From Peribolospora baueri (Eukaryota), in assembly GCA_029717555.1 (NCBI GenBank), contig JAMDHS010000059.1:1-64000 (forward strand): 64,000 nt of DNA. Reading direction: 5' to 3'. A model generated the notes under the pieces. It was not told the DNA's origin. It searched no databases and worked only from the letters and a program-made list of their open reading frames with translations. Below, piece after piece: positions 11,601-23,446 of the stretch; the stretch's first letter is position 1; every line of letters starts with the position of its first letter. Both the position numbers and the translations under genes were made by a program.

Positions 11601-13939
11601 TACAATTCTGCTATTCCACAGCCTTTCTCTCGCAAAGAACAGTCCGTGGATGTACAAGCCGTGGAGGCGTCGCGGATCTTCAAGCGTTACCTCGTGGCCA
11701 ACTTCAACTACACCATTGCGTACTCCAGCTATGGAAAGAAGTTGCCGCAGACCACTGTTCGCGAAGCCAGGCCGCCTAAGACTTTTGTCAGACAAGGTGA
11801 ACGCTACATTCCACTGAAATTTTTCTGCCTCCATGACGGCGAGCTCATGTAAGACGGTGATTTGGGCACATCAGTCGATCAACAGATGAAGATTCAGCTC
11901 GAGCAAAACTTGGCTGAGGCTGACGCCCAGATCAAAGAGCTCGAGAAGGTAGTGGGCAAGCTTCATGAGAAGGACATGAAGCTTCAGGAAGATGCCGACG
12001 TCCTCAGCAAGCAGAGGGTGAGCTATCATACTGTCCCGAACCCGGTCACGGCTCGCCTCAATGGGTACCCCTGCTGACGATCCCAATATTTGCTGTCACA
12101 GGACGCGATCCATCAGGAAAAAAGAAGCATCCAACAAGCACGGGCGACCTGGGAAAGGGCCAAGCTCAACCTGGAGACGAAGACCACGGCCCTGCTCAGA
12201 GAGCAGGATATGCCTTCTGCTGACGCTGAGCGTCAGAAACTCGCCCGTCAACTGGTTAAGGCGGCGGAGAAGCGCAGTGGGCTTGCCTCGAGCTTTGCCG
12301 TGAGTCTGTCCTTGCGGTTCCATTATAGCCAAGGTCATTCGGTCATTCTCAAGCTGAGGTCCGAGACCTTCCCGCCCTCGCCCCCCTTTCCCCCTGCCTC
12401 CAACCTCCAAACAAACCTTCAGGAATTGATGAAAGACCAACTCGACCTTCGAGCGCGATACGACGTTCTCTGCTTGGAGGGACTTCAACTTATGAGCAAG
12501 ATCAGTGCCCTCAAGTCGATCCGTCAGAAGCGTCAAGCCAAACACGACGACGTCAGAAGGGCTGTGATTACAGGTTTGTATCCCTCTCTTTTTCAACGTA
12601 GGCATTCGAGCGTTGTCACGCTGACGATACCTGTGGTCGTGTACTATTCGATCTCAAAGCGAAGAACGCGTTCGACAAGGTCAAGGAGGAAGCCTCCGCG
12701 CTTGTCAATGAGGCCAAGCATCGGTTGGAGGGTGTGGACGACAATATGCGCCAGCAGTTCTCGGCATTCCAAGCGGTGAGTTACAAGTATCCCGACTACT
12801 GGTCGTTTCTCTAGGCTTGTCGTGACTAATTTGGTATTAAGCGTTCACCAGGATCATGCTGGAAGGTCCGTCGAGGACCTCGAGGCGGATCTCAGAGAGT
12901 TAGACGCCAAGCTCGACCTCAACCAGGCCGCTGCGCCGGGAGTCATCGACACGTACAGAAAGCGAAAGGAGGAGATCGAAAACCTCCAGACCAAGATCGC
13001 TGAGAAGAAACGGGCCATCGACAAGCTCAATCGACGGATCGACGAAAACCGGCAGAAATGGTTACCTGCTCTTCGCACCCTCGTTTCTGCCGTTGGAGAG
13101 AAGTTTTCAGCCGCTTTCGATCGTGAGTGTCCGTTCGGACATCGCGCTTTGTGCTCAGGTATTCGTACTTGGTCTGTCGCTTATCAGCTAGATCTTTCCT
13201 TCCCGTCACAGGCATTGGCTGCGCCGGAGAGATAAGGATATCGGAAGATGAGGATTATGATAAATGGGGCATCAACATCCTCGTGACGTTCCGTGACAAC
13301 GAGAGGTTGCAGCTCCTCACTGGTACTCGTCAATCCGGCGGAGTAAGTTTTCCGATTTTTTTTTGATTCGCTCTTCATTGGCGTGATCTTAACTTTAGAT
13401 GTGTACAACGATTCTCGCCCTCCAGGAGCGTTCGCTGTCCACCATCTTGTACCTGCTCAGCTTGACTGAACTGTCTCGTGCGCCCTTCTCGCTCGTAGAC
13501 GAGATCAACCAAGGCATGGACCAGCGAGCTGAAAGAGCCGTACACAACCAGATGGTCGAAGTGACGTGCCGACCTGGTGCAGGACAGTGAGTGTTCACTT
13601 GACTCCGGCCTTTGACCTGCTGGCGTTACCACATTGCTCGACATACCGGTTAGCGAAGCTGACAGTCGTCCTTATCATTATGCAGATACTTCCTCATCAC
13701 TCCCAAGCTCCTGCCCGATCTTCGCTATCATGCAATGATGGAGGTGCTCGTCATCTGCAACGGAGAGTGGCTGCCGGAGAAGTTTAACTGTAAGTGCCGG
13801 CCATCTGGCCCATTCAAAACCAACTGTCTGAAGTACGAGCACGTCCCCTTCGCCTTTCACAGGGAGCGCATACGTCAACGCTCGAAACAAGCGTCTGGGA
13901 CGCCCGATTACGTCGAAGCAAGCGGTTGCCGTGGGATAA
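8611..13939 (+). CDS. SMC5: Structural maintenance of chromosomes protein 5 (many exons)
   Basis: PGSIVRVALENFVTYD, Walker A GPNGTGKS, FLPQDKVAEFA, coiled coils, QSGG|ERS signature, Walker B VDEINQGMD, QYFLITPKLL. TAA 13937-13939. Confidence 0.95.
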
Positions 13940-14533
13940 TCCAGCTTCGAGTTTGCCATTGTATTCTCGTTTCGGTGAATAATCTATTTGCAATTTCGAT
14001 GTCCAGATTGATGTACGCTTTGTGCGTCACCTTGCGGGGGAAAGGACGAAACGATCCATTGCGGGTGCGACCAAGCAAGAGCCGCTAGGTAGAGATACAG
14101 CAGAGACAAGCTTGGAAACACGACCGAGACGAGAGAGAAAGGAGAGAAGAGATTGTGCCCAAGTAAGCAAAGGAGTCTGGAGGGGAAAGGGGAAGTTGCG
14201 GGGAAGCAGCGGCCGAGGCGAGAAGGCTACAGAGTGTCGCCGGCGAGTGTATGTACGACGGAGGGAGGGGGCTTTTAAGAGTCTAGCTCTGCGAATGGGA
14301 GTGCGGTCCACTAGGTGACTAACGAGCGTGTGGGAGGGTGAAGTGATTAAGAGAGTGTGGTTATAGGCGCGAGAGTGACGGAGACGGAGAACGATGACGA
14401 CGAAAAGTGCAAATGAGTGTGCAAACGAGAAAGAATGCTAACGGGAGAGAGGGTGGGGGTAAGATCGCAAGGAAAATCTGAAGACCCTAAGAAAAGGAGC
14501 GAGGGGAACGAGCAGAGATATGCTCGGCTCGCA

Positions 14534-17500
14534 TCACCTGGCACGGGCCGTGACCTCGTCACCAACCCGCCGACCGTCGTCGGCCACCCGGAAGATGACC
14601 CTGTACACCACGCGCTCCTCAAGCTCGATCGAGCCCCGCCTGGCGCTCGTCCTGCGCGGGCTGCTCGGCACAGCCACGCGCTCGACTATACGCACAGGGT
14701 ACGCGAGACCGACGTCATGTTCCGTCGGGCAGCCCCACATCGTCAGACCACGGCTGTCATGGTGGATCCAGTCCACGCCAGGCGCCTTGCCGTCCAGGGC
14801 CGCCGCGACGTCGGGGTCAAGGGTACGGAAGCTGCGTCCATCGCTGGTGAGAGTAAGAGGTCCTCCGGTGAGGAGGAAGTCGTTGACGATCGAATACCGA
14901 GGAGCGCCCCTGGCATTTCGTCCGGGTGAGCCAATCGTTGCGGGCGGGGGGAGCTGCGGAGGTACGAATTGGTAAGGTCGGCCAACAAAGACGGTCACTT
15001 CGTGCTGAATGTCGGCGGTACCAGCGCCGGTACTGACGAAGGAGGTAATGGAAGCGTTGGAGCGGTGTCTGATGTGAGAGGGACTGGCTCCGGAGGTGCC
15101 GCCTGAAGTGGCTACGACGCGCTCCTTGGGGGGAGAGGAAGTGGCTACGACGCCCCCTTTAGTGAGAGAGGAAGCCTCCGCCCTGGGAAACTCAGACGCC
15201 GGTAGGAAAGGGGAGACGGTGGGGAGGACGGGAGAGCTGGGTTTGCCGAGGGATTGTGATTGGCTAGAAGCCTTGCCGACCTTGCGGATGGTGTGTTGTG
15301 GGGCTCCACCAGCCAACTCGACTCGCGAGTCGGCTCGAGGGGGGGAAGAGAAGAAGCTACCGTGCTTAAGCGCGTAAGCGACGGAAGGGTCGAGGTGACG
15401 CTCAAGCGAATCAAAGTCGCTGCTCGCTACGCTTTGGCGCACCAACGTCTGTCGGCTGGGAGGGTGGACGGCCGTACTGGCGCGGCCGAGGCCTGGCTCG
15501 CCGTAACCGCCTTGAAGATGGTCGTCATCCTTGTCCTCAGCGAATGGGTTCGGACCTCGATGGGAGGCACGTTGAGTAGGGGCCTGCTCGCTGAGACCAC
15601 TCTCCCGGACCAGATGAGACTGCGTGGACTGTCTTGTGTCGCTCCTTCGGCCGCTGTGTATGCTGATGGCATGCGAGAAATGTGGCCTCGACGAGGCGTT
15701 AGGGGAGAGGTCCGACCTGGGACTTGTTACCCTTGCAGCGCTGAGGATGCGAACATTTGAAGGATCCACGATATCGGCGTACTCTGCCTCGTCATCCATC
15801 TCGCTGTCCTCCTCTCCCTCTGCCGTGTTGGACCGCGTAGAGCCGTAGCTGTCAGCCGCAGAGGTGCCGAAAGTAGACTCACGAGCCATGCCAGGCCTCG
15901 AAGGCACCGAAGCCGACGCGTGCAAGTCATGGTCTGACTCCGAGCCGAAGGCAAGTCCAATTTGGTCATTAGCACCACCGACGTAGTGCTGGCCGTGACT
16001 GCCTAGAGAGCCGGCGGGGTCGGAGCTCCCGAAGCTCTTTCCGGCGCCACTGTGCGACTCTGGCGAGCTGGCGAACTGGTCACTGCAATCAATGCTCGGC
16101 GTGCTGTTGATGTGACCCTGCCGGTGGCTCATCCCGCTGCCGTTCCGGCGTCGACCGTAGTAGCCAGCGAGGGCGGCTGCACTACTACCGGCGACGGCGG
16201 GAACCCCTGCTGGAGTGGGTCCAAAATCGGGACGACGACGAGGCACATCCGAGGCTAGATCCCGTCTGCTGTCCGCTGTGGCATCGCGCGGATCGTAAAA
16301 GATTGAGGCCGCATCCAGGCTGTCTCCTCCGGAACTCCAGAGGCCCACACTGTCGTCAGCCATGTGCCCGAACGGAGGTCGCTTGGTTCGGGCGAAGCTC
16401 TTCCGGCTAGACCCGCCGCCGCTCACGCTGCTGTTGTTGTGGGTGTGGCTGCTGCGTCGTCCACGACTGACTAAGCTGTCGCCAACCGAGCCGGAGGTCC
16501 AAGGAGTAGGCCTGGATCTGCCTTCGAGGTCAATGCCGAGTCCCTGGGTGTCGCTCTGGTGGATGGGGCGGCTGACGGTCATGCTGGCCAACGAGCGACT
16601 GGATGCAGACTTCTCGGGTCCCTTGGTGGCAAACAAGCTGGCGAACAATGGACTTCGGCGAGGCTCCTCCGGTGATGCCGCCGCCTCCTCCTTCTCCGTT
16701 GCACGCCCAGCGGCGGCGGCATCACCCCGACCTGCACCAGCGCCAGCGCCGGTCATGTCGATAGTAGCAGTGTTGGAGCGAGGACGCGTGGTGGTGGACT
16801 CGCGGGATTGGTCCGGCCCGCCGCGGTCCCAAGCCACGCTGTCCTTCTTCACCTTCTTCTTCGACTTCTCATTGGACGCATTGCGTTCACCCATGCCGAA
16901 AAGCCTGAGTCCGAAAAGACGTTTGCCGGCCTTGCCTTCGGTCGGCGCCGGCGATGACGAAACAGGCTGAGCGGGACTCTCGAAGGACCGCGAGTATGCG
17001 CGACCATAGGCCGACTCGGGTGCAAGGAAAGCGGGGCTGCGGACGCCGGCGGTGGTGCCCGACAAGGGCGAGTTGACGAATGCAGCCCTGGGGCTCTCGA
17101 GAGCTTCGGAGTGCCGCCCACTCTCCCCGCTCCTCTTAGGGCCAAAGGCCTCCTTGGACTTCAACGCCGGGCTCTTTTCTCCTCCCACGGCGACGAGCGT
17201 GTGCGTGTCGCTGATGGCCGGGCTGCGGTGCTGGATGGGTGCGTCGTCATCTGCGCCTTTCTCCTCATAGGATAAACGGCGGCGACAGCACATGACGATG
17301 AAGATGAGGCAAATGAGCCCTCCCAGACCTCCGAATACCGCCGCGATGGCAACCTTGTCAGAGTGCGAAAGTGGATGACGGTGGCCCTTAGGTGACGAGG
17401 CGGTGGAAGTGGGAAGAGGGCCGGTGGACGCACTAGGCGTGCCGATGCGGAGAGGAAGTGAAATGGTGCTGACGAGACCGCTGGAAACGACAGTTGCATC

Positions 17501-18718
17501 GATGGCGACGTGGACGACCTGCCCAACTGTGGCGTTCGAAGGGAAAGTGCCTTGAAGTGCAGGTCCGCTCGGGTCGAAATGGAGCCATTGCTTCGCATCG
17601 TTGGAATCGAATCGGGCGACCAGGCGCGCCGGCTCGCTTGCATTTGTGACGAAAGGCCGGAAGCTCTGAGTGAATGCGACGCCGACGGGCATGTCCATGG
17701 TGGGCAAGGTGGTAGAGTTGAAGTAGGACGGGAAGACGTCGAGGGTGAGGCTGGTGGTGATCCGGTCACCAAAAATGTCGGTAAAGGTTACGGGAAGCTG
17801 CAGCGCGTTACTGCTACCGTCTCCTCGCACCAAATCCAGCTTGGGCGGAGTCCCAGAGAGCGTGCGCGTCGCGGCGTCGTACTGCAGCCAGGAGGAAGCA
17901 GTGGAGACGTCAACGTTGACAGAGGAGAGGTTGGCTGGGACGAGAGCCTTGGAATCGAGACGGATGGCGCTCGTAGGAACGACATAGCTGAACTGCTGTC
18001 CTGCGGTAACGTTGAGGACAGGGAGCCGCGTAGATAGATCAAAGTTGTGTGCGGAGACGACGATCGTGAAGCTGTCCTGTGCGTCGACGGCGCCGCCGAA
18101 TTTGGACGAACCGGTCGTGACGATCGTGTAATTGTCGCCGTTAGAGTGAGGTGTGATGCCGCTGAACGTGACCGTCTTGTTGTCGAAATGAAGCCAGCTC
18201 GGAAGGGAGGCACTGCCTTGGAGGTGAGCTGCGTAGTACACCGGCCCGCCGTCTGGTACTACGAATGTGGCCTGACTAAAGCCGACGCTGAAACTCCATC
18301 CCGGGTGAACGCGCACGCTGCCGTCGTACTGAAGCAGGTTGGAGCTCGAGATCTGTGCCGTGCCGTCCTGAAGTTGTCGTCCCACAGGAAGTCGGAGAAC
18401 AGCGGCATGAGAGTTGGTGCCGGCCCGTCGCGAGGCACCGTGGACGCTTCTCGGAGCCACCGCCACAACGTTAGAAGCTGCAGCAGGATTGCGACGACGA
18501 GGGCGACGCCTAGCAGAGAGTCGATGCAGTTCAGAGGGCGAGGAAAGTGCGGCTGGCGCGTCGACGACATCCACGACGGACAAGCGGGCATCGGACGCAG
18601 CCGCACCACGGACCGTTAATCTGTTCGCGAAGTCCGGCAGAGCGTCGACGACGGAAAGGGAGTAGAGAGATATAAGCGCGAATGCGATGGCATGGCGCTG
18701 TAGCTGTCGCGGTATCAT
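14534..18718 (-). CDS. AXL2: Axl2-like type I membrane protein with dystroglycan-type cadherin-like (He_PIG) repeats; intronless, ~1394 aa
   Basis: Signal peptide MIPRQLQRHAIAFALISLYSLSVVDA. Repeats LPSWLHFDNKTVTFSG, SWLQYDAATRTLSGTPP, QWLHFDPSGPALQGT. TM segment VAIAAVFGGLGGLICLIFIVMCCRRR, then a long S/R-rich tail. Confidence 0.8.
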   Translation of the reverse strand: MIPRQLQRHAIAFALISLYSLSVVDALPDFANRLTVRGAAASDARLSVVDVVDAPAALSSPSELHRLSARRRPRRRNPAAASNVVAVAPRSVHGASRRAGTNSHAAVLRLPVGRQLQDGTAQISSSNLLQYDGSVRVHPGWSFSVGFSQATFVVPDGGPVYYAAHLQGSASLPSWLHFDNKTVTFSGITPHSNGDNYTIVTTGSSKFGGAVDAQDSFTIVVSAHNFDLSTRLPVLNVTAGQQFSYVVPTSAIRLDSKALVPANLSSVNVDVSTASSWLQYDAATRTLSGTPPKLDLVRGDGSSNALQLPVTFTDIFGDRITTSLTLDVFPSYFNSTTLPTMDMPVGVAFTQSFRPFVTNASEPARLVARFDSNDAKQWLHFDPSGPALQGTFPSNATVGQVVHVAIDATVVSSGLVSTISLPLRIGTPSASTGPLPTSTASSPKGHRHPLSHSDKVAIAAVFGGLGGLICLIFIVMCCRRRLSYEEKGADDDAPIQHRSPAISDTHTLVAVGGEKSPALKSKEAFGPKRSGESGRHSEALESPRAAFVNSPLSGTTAGVRSPAFLAPESAYGRAYSRSFESPAQPVSSSPAPTEGKAGKRLFGLRLFGMGERNASNEKSKKKVKKDSVAWDRGGPDQSRESTTTRPRSNTATIDMTGAGAGAGRGDAAAAGRATEKEEAAASPEEPRRSPLFASLFATKGPEKSASSRSLASMTVSRPIHQSDTQGLGIDLEGRSRPTPWTSGSVGDSLVSRGRRSSHTHNNSSVSGGGSSRKSFARTKRPPFGHMADDSVGLWSSGGDSLDAASIFYDPRDATADSRRDLASDVPRRRPDFGPTPAGVPAVAGSSAAALAGYYGRRRNGSGMSHRQGHINSTPSIDCSDQFASSPESHSGAGKSFGSSDPAGSLGSHGQHYVGGANDQIGLAFGSESDHDLHASASVPSRPGMARESTFGTSAADSYGSTRSNTAEGEEDSEMDDEAEYADIVDPSNVRILSAARVTSPRSDLSPNASSRPHFSHAISIHSGRRSDTRQSTQSHLVRESGLSEQAPTQRASHRGPNPFAEDKDDDHLQGGYGEPGLGRASTAVHPPSRQTLVRQSVASSDFDSLERHLDPSVAYALKHGSFFSSPPRADSRVELAGGAPQHTIRKVGKASSQSQSLGKPSSPVLPTVSPFLPASEFPRAEASSLTKGGVVATSSPPKERVVATSGGTSGASPSHIRHRSNASITSFVSTGAGTADIQHEVTVFVGRPYQFVPPQLPPPATIGSPGRNARGAPRYSIVNDFLLTGGPLTLTSDGRSFRTLDPDVAAALDGKAPGVDWIHHDSRGLTMWGCPTEHDVGLAYPVRIVERVAVPSSPRRTSARRGSIELEERVVYRVIFRVADDGRRVGDEVTARAR

Positions 18719-18928
18719 GGCGGTTGGGAGGGTGGTGTCGCGCAGCAAAGCAGGAGCAACCGTCGCAGATGACAACGGACGCGGGTGGGTGAAGGCGAGC
18801 ACGGATAAGATGGTGTTGAGAGAGAGTGCAGGGGACAGAAGCAGAGAAACAACGAAAGAAAGTAGGGGGGTCACTGAAGGAAAGGACGAAGAGGAGCGGG
18901 AAGGTGGAGAGGAGAGAGGGGGACGGTG

Positions 18929-18951
18929 TGGTGGTGGTGGTGGTGGTGGTG
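18929..18951. repeat. (GGT)n microsatellite, about 7 units, upstream of the AXL2-like gene
   Basis: tggtggtggtggtggtggtggtg read directly from the sequence. Confidence 0.9.
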
Positions 18952-19949
18952 ACGAAGGAAAGGAGGAGGGTAGTCAGTCGTCTCCCGAGCAGGCGAGGTC
19001 CCCCGCTTCTCGTTCATTAAGGCGCGGCGCTTCCGGGGCCTGCCACAGAGCAAAACGAGGAGAAGAGTGCGATGACGCGGTGAGTACCGAGAAAACGCGA
19101 GAAACGCGATGGCGAAGACGATCCATCGGCAGGCATGCTCGTGCGGAACATGACCTTCGGAGGCGTTGCGCAACGCGGCTGGACGCGACGCTGGTACGTG
19201 GACACCCAGGCACGACCGAGCGGCCGGAGGCAGAAATGGCAACCAGCCATGCAAGTCTCCTGCAACGAGAAGAGACTAGGTAGATCATGATCGGTGGGTC
19301 GTCAGACAGTCACGCAGTAGGTCCGAGCAGGCGGGGGAGCATACCCGCAAATACCCGGCTGCAGGGAGAAAGGTTTGGAAGGAGGAAGAAGAGGTGGGTG
19401 TGGTACGAATGCGTGCTAGACAGTGATCGGTAAGGGGGTAGAAACGCGGCCAACCGACAACGCTGCGTTCCTGCGCTGCAAGTCCTGTCCCGGTTGATGG
19501 ACTTGTCGTCGTCCCCGCCGGGAGCGACAAGGGAAAGCTGATCCGACGAGGCCCATCTGACGGGACGGTTGCGAGCTGTAGGGATGAAAGGCACGCCCGG
19601 GAGGCGCGACGTTGTGACATGGGCCAACACACGGCTCACTTATTGTCGCTTCGTCCCCATTCTCGCCGTCGCCCGCGCACATACCGTTCCTCATCATCCC
19701 CTTCCCCTTCCCGCCTCAAGAATGAATAAAGAGCAAATGAATGTTCCATCCTACCTCCTCCGTCTCCGCTCCTTGCCCAGGTCGTGGTGGTTTCGGGGAT
19801 GCAATCGCGCCCGGCAAGGGGCCAAGGAACCCAGGCGTATCTCCGCTTTGTCCGCCTGTCGCCGCCCCAGCCGGCGATCATCCCGATCACCTTGACCCTG
19901 TCGCAGTCTTCATTCTGAGAAGACGACAAACAGCCACAAAGTAAGCACA

Positions 19950-20943
19950 ATGTCGCTCGCCCGCCATCTTCGACCCCTTTCGAGGGCAGCAGGCCAAGGC
20001 GTCTTGCCTCTCCGCTCTACCATAGGTGCACGAGCTTTGTTTCAGAGCTCGGTGCAGTCGGGATCCACTCATGCGCGACGATCGCCGTCCATTCGACGGT
20101 CGCAAGCGAATGCGGCCCTGCTTCATTCGTCCGCTGTCCGCCGCTCGACCGTCTATGAGTGAGTGGCGGCCAATACGTCTCAAGACCCTCACTTTTTGTT
20201 TTTCTGCATGTATATGCCTTTGCGTTTATTTTGCTTATCCCTCCTCTCCTCATCCCTTGGTTGACTGCAGCGACTTCCACAACATTCTCGATGACGCCCC
20301 TCGCCCCGCTCTGACGGTCGAGTCGATGGACGACAATCTGGGAACGACGACATTCTCTGACGGACTCGTTGTACCGGGAGCGAGCGTGCTTATCGACGGC
20401 AGAGTCTTTCTCTGGCGTCCTCCCCAGCTCGACCCGAAACGCGCTGCACCTGGTGGGCAGGGATGGGAGGAGTGGGACCAGGGGGCGTTTCATGTGTTTG
20501 AAGTCGTCGTGCCTAAGCCAGGTGAGCCTTCCATTTACTAGCGGGGCCTTTTTTGCAGCGCTAACAGAACATGCATCTGGTCCGCCGTCTTTCAAAGAAA
20601 TTCTTCTTTTCGGCACCGGGAAGACGGTCCTTCCCCCTCCAGCGCGGCTGCGCAACTACCTCAATTCGCTCGGCATCCAGCTGGAAGTGCAAGATTCGGT
20701 GAGCGTCTTTCCAGCGCACTCTGTTTCCTTCAAGGCGTCGTGTATCGTCGATGGATGACCCACCATCAGTGTGCTGAGAAGCCGACTCCTTCCCTTCCTG
20801 TTATTTCGATTCATAGCGCAACGCGGCATCAACATTCAACCTCCTGGCCGAAGAGGGGCGCAGAGTCGCCGTCGCGCTCCTCCCCACAAATCCCCTGCAT
20901 ATTCGAAAGGCAGCCGCGAACAAGGCCGACGAGGAGGGTGTGA
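19950..20943 (+). CDS. NDUFAF3: Mth938-domain complex I assembly factor (NDUFAF3-like)
   Basis: Mitochondrial presequence-like N-terminus; FEVVVPKP|EILLFGTG, LRNYLNSLGIQLEVQDS|RNAASTFNLLAEEGRRVAVALLP. Confidence 0.88.
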
Positions 20944-21146
20944 TTAAAGGCGAGCTCGGGGAGGTCACGAGCGTTTGATGGAAACGGATGGGAGGAACGC
21001 GACCATGTATTTGTACGTCGATGGAGGGATGGGGGCCGTGTTTTTGCAATAAGGTCCGTCACCTTGCCCTCGTGGAAAGCAATAAAGTGATGTCGTTGGG
21101 ATGTGCAAGGGCAGAAAAGAGGTGACAGGGGGAAATAAAAACAAGA

Positions 21147-22929
21147 TCAAAGTCGACTGTCCCTCGTCTTGCCTCTTGCCTCTTCTCTTGAACCCCCATC
21201 CTTCTCCCCGTCTACTCCGTCCCCATCGCCTTGTCCGTTCCCGATCACGTTCCCAGTTCCCCAAACTTCCCCCGCGGTCGCGTCTCTCCCCCTTCCCTCC
21301 ACTTCGTCCTTGGGTTGATCCATCGGCCCGTACTGCTGCTGCCCCGGGATCTGCATCCGAGGCCTCACCCTCCTCTTTCTTATCGCCTCGTCGCTTGCAA
21401 AGGCAAGGCGGATGAGCTCGGCTTGGGATGGTTGGCAGAGGGCCGTGAGGAGGAAGGAAGGAGATCGATCGTACGCAATGGCGGCAGCGCGGACGAGGAT
21501 GTCGCTGTTGTGAAAGTATTGAGACATTGGTGAGCATGACATTCCTCCAAGGTCTTGATATGCTCATCTCTCACATTTCTCCCCCCTCTGCGGGGGACTG
21601 CACAGACGCTCACCTCGTCAACCCCCTGACTGGGTTTCTAGGATCATGAAAGGTATGTCTTCTTACAGTCCTGCCGCCAAGCCAGCGGATATCTCTAGAA
21701 GTGTGCCATCGATAATTTGGATCGGTTGGTCTCATGGGAGAGAAAGGGTCATCGAGATGGAGGGCGTGGCGGAGAAGGGCGTCCGGTTCCGAGCGAAGAA
21801 AGGCGGAGAAGGGAAGGGAAAACAGGGCGGAGACTTCGTCTGGGTTTAATGAGGGCTGTGGATTATCAAAGGAGAGAATGAGTCGGTGAGGCGGTGTCAA
21901 TAGCGAGACGAGGCGTAAGTACTGGATATGGCAATTCTAGCGACGATCTGATCTACCCGCGTACAGCCGCCAACGGGACGGGTGACGCACCTTGATCATA
22001 GGATCAGCGAGGAAGACTACGACGGGAGTGACGACGAGCTCGTTGGCCGAAAGGAATGGTTCAAGCTCGCAGAGCTTAACCGCCTTTCGTGGATCGACGG
22101 GCAATCCAGTCTGAGGTATTACGCGGATGCGTGGAGGAGGATGTTAGCGCCAGTCCGGTACATTGGCTCCGCACCGCCGACAACGGCGAAGAAGAACCAA
22201 TTCTGCCACTGACCTCTTCAAACGCCTCTCTCCGCTGTTAAATAAGTAATATCATAAAAATACGGTACGCATGGGCTGAGCAATCGGTCTTTCGGCAAGT
22301 TGATCCACTAGGGACTGCAAGCCTCACTCACCGCCGTCGCCTCTAGATCTCCATCTCCCAACTCATACCTCCCGCCAGGTATGGCCGTATCTCCTCCATG
22401 AGAACGCAGATTCACCGATCTCCGGGAAAGAATGACATACAAATCGCTGTGGCAACAAGAGGCGCCGCGGAAGAGCGATAGCAAGTGAGCATGAAAAGGC
22501 GACTTTACCTCGAGAACAAGCGCATGCGCCCTCCGTCCAGAAGAACTCAGCGCCAAGGAGTGTCCACTCACCCGTGTCTCGCCCCGAATAGACCCAGGAG
22601 TACGGCCGCCCTCCGGTAGGCGGGAACGAGATGCGGGCAAGGCTCTGGGGGTGGTGTGTAGGCTCTCAAGTTTCGGAGACATCGGAGAGACTCTTCCGTC
22701 AGAGGCTCCATATCCGGATCGGGGAGGTCGCGCGTGCTGAGGACGTGGGTGACGTGCGTAAGTGGTGAGATGCATGCAAGTTGAAAAAGACAGGCGAACG
22801 CCCCGAGGCAAAGCGAGTGAATATGTACCGGTGAGTCGATCGCCTCGGTCGCATCCATCCACTTATCTATCCTTCGACTGGTGGTGGCGATACTGGTCCT
22901 AGCACTCACCGCCTATTTCTCCGTGTCAT
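21147..22929 (-). CDS. PCD1: Nudix CoA diphosphatase (PCD1/NUDT7 family) with C-terminal PTS1 (SRL)
   Basis: RRAAVLLGLF, LSRRSVNLRSHGGDTAIPGG (CoA motif), ATA|RREAFEE Nudix box, LNPDEVSALF, GLTSDIL. Ends ...KTRDSRL*. An in-frame upstream exon gives ATG 22929; an alternative ATG lies at 22711. Confidence 0.88.
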
Positions 22930-23446
22930 CGTGACCAATCTAATGCCCTGTTGCTTTCCTATCAGGTGCGTAAGCCGTTCCTCTTTGAGACATAAAGTAG
23001 AGACGAGAAGCGGAGATGAGAAGCGATCCGGTACGCTCGGAAGTGCTGAGATGGTTGCGATCGCGGGCCTTTGCGGGGTGGAGCGACGGTCGTCCGTGAA
23101 AGATCGACCGAACAGCCGGCCCGAGCATCCGGGCGACCACTGCCGCCAGCCGCAGCAGGCCAATTATACGACAGACCGCACGTTCTCGCGAGCTCTTCCG
23201 CCGTCGTGACGCCGACCATAATCCGACTGAACTTGCATTGCCACTTTCCTTTCGCCGCTCTGCTCCTGCTGAAGAGGAAATTAGGGGTTTGGAGTACGAG
23301 ACCTTGTGCAACCGATTGCCAGGAGCCAGAAGGTTAGAGGAGACGCAGGCCATGACGTCCTTTCCGAACAGACGATGAAGTAATCCCTCCTCGGCTGACA
23401 TCGCACTTATTTGCCCTCCCCTTTCAAGTCTTTTCCTCAGCAAGTC

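Noticed and set aside
18719..18874. Hydrophobic 52-codon GTG-initiated N-terminal extension of the AXL2-like ORF
   Set aside because: A pyrimidine-rich leader translates as hydrophobic by composition, and the ATG at 18718 already gives a good signal peptide.
18871..19254. ORF with a poly-His run
   Set aside because: The run is just the (GGT/CAC)n microsatellite, and nothing else looks protein-like.
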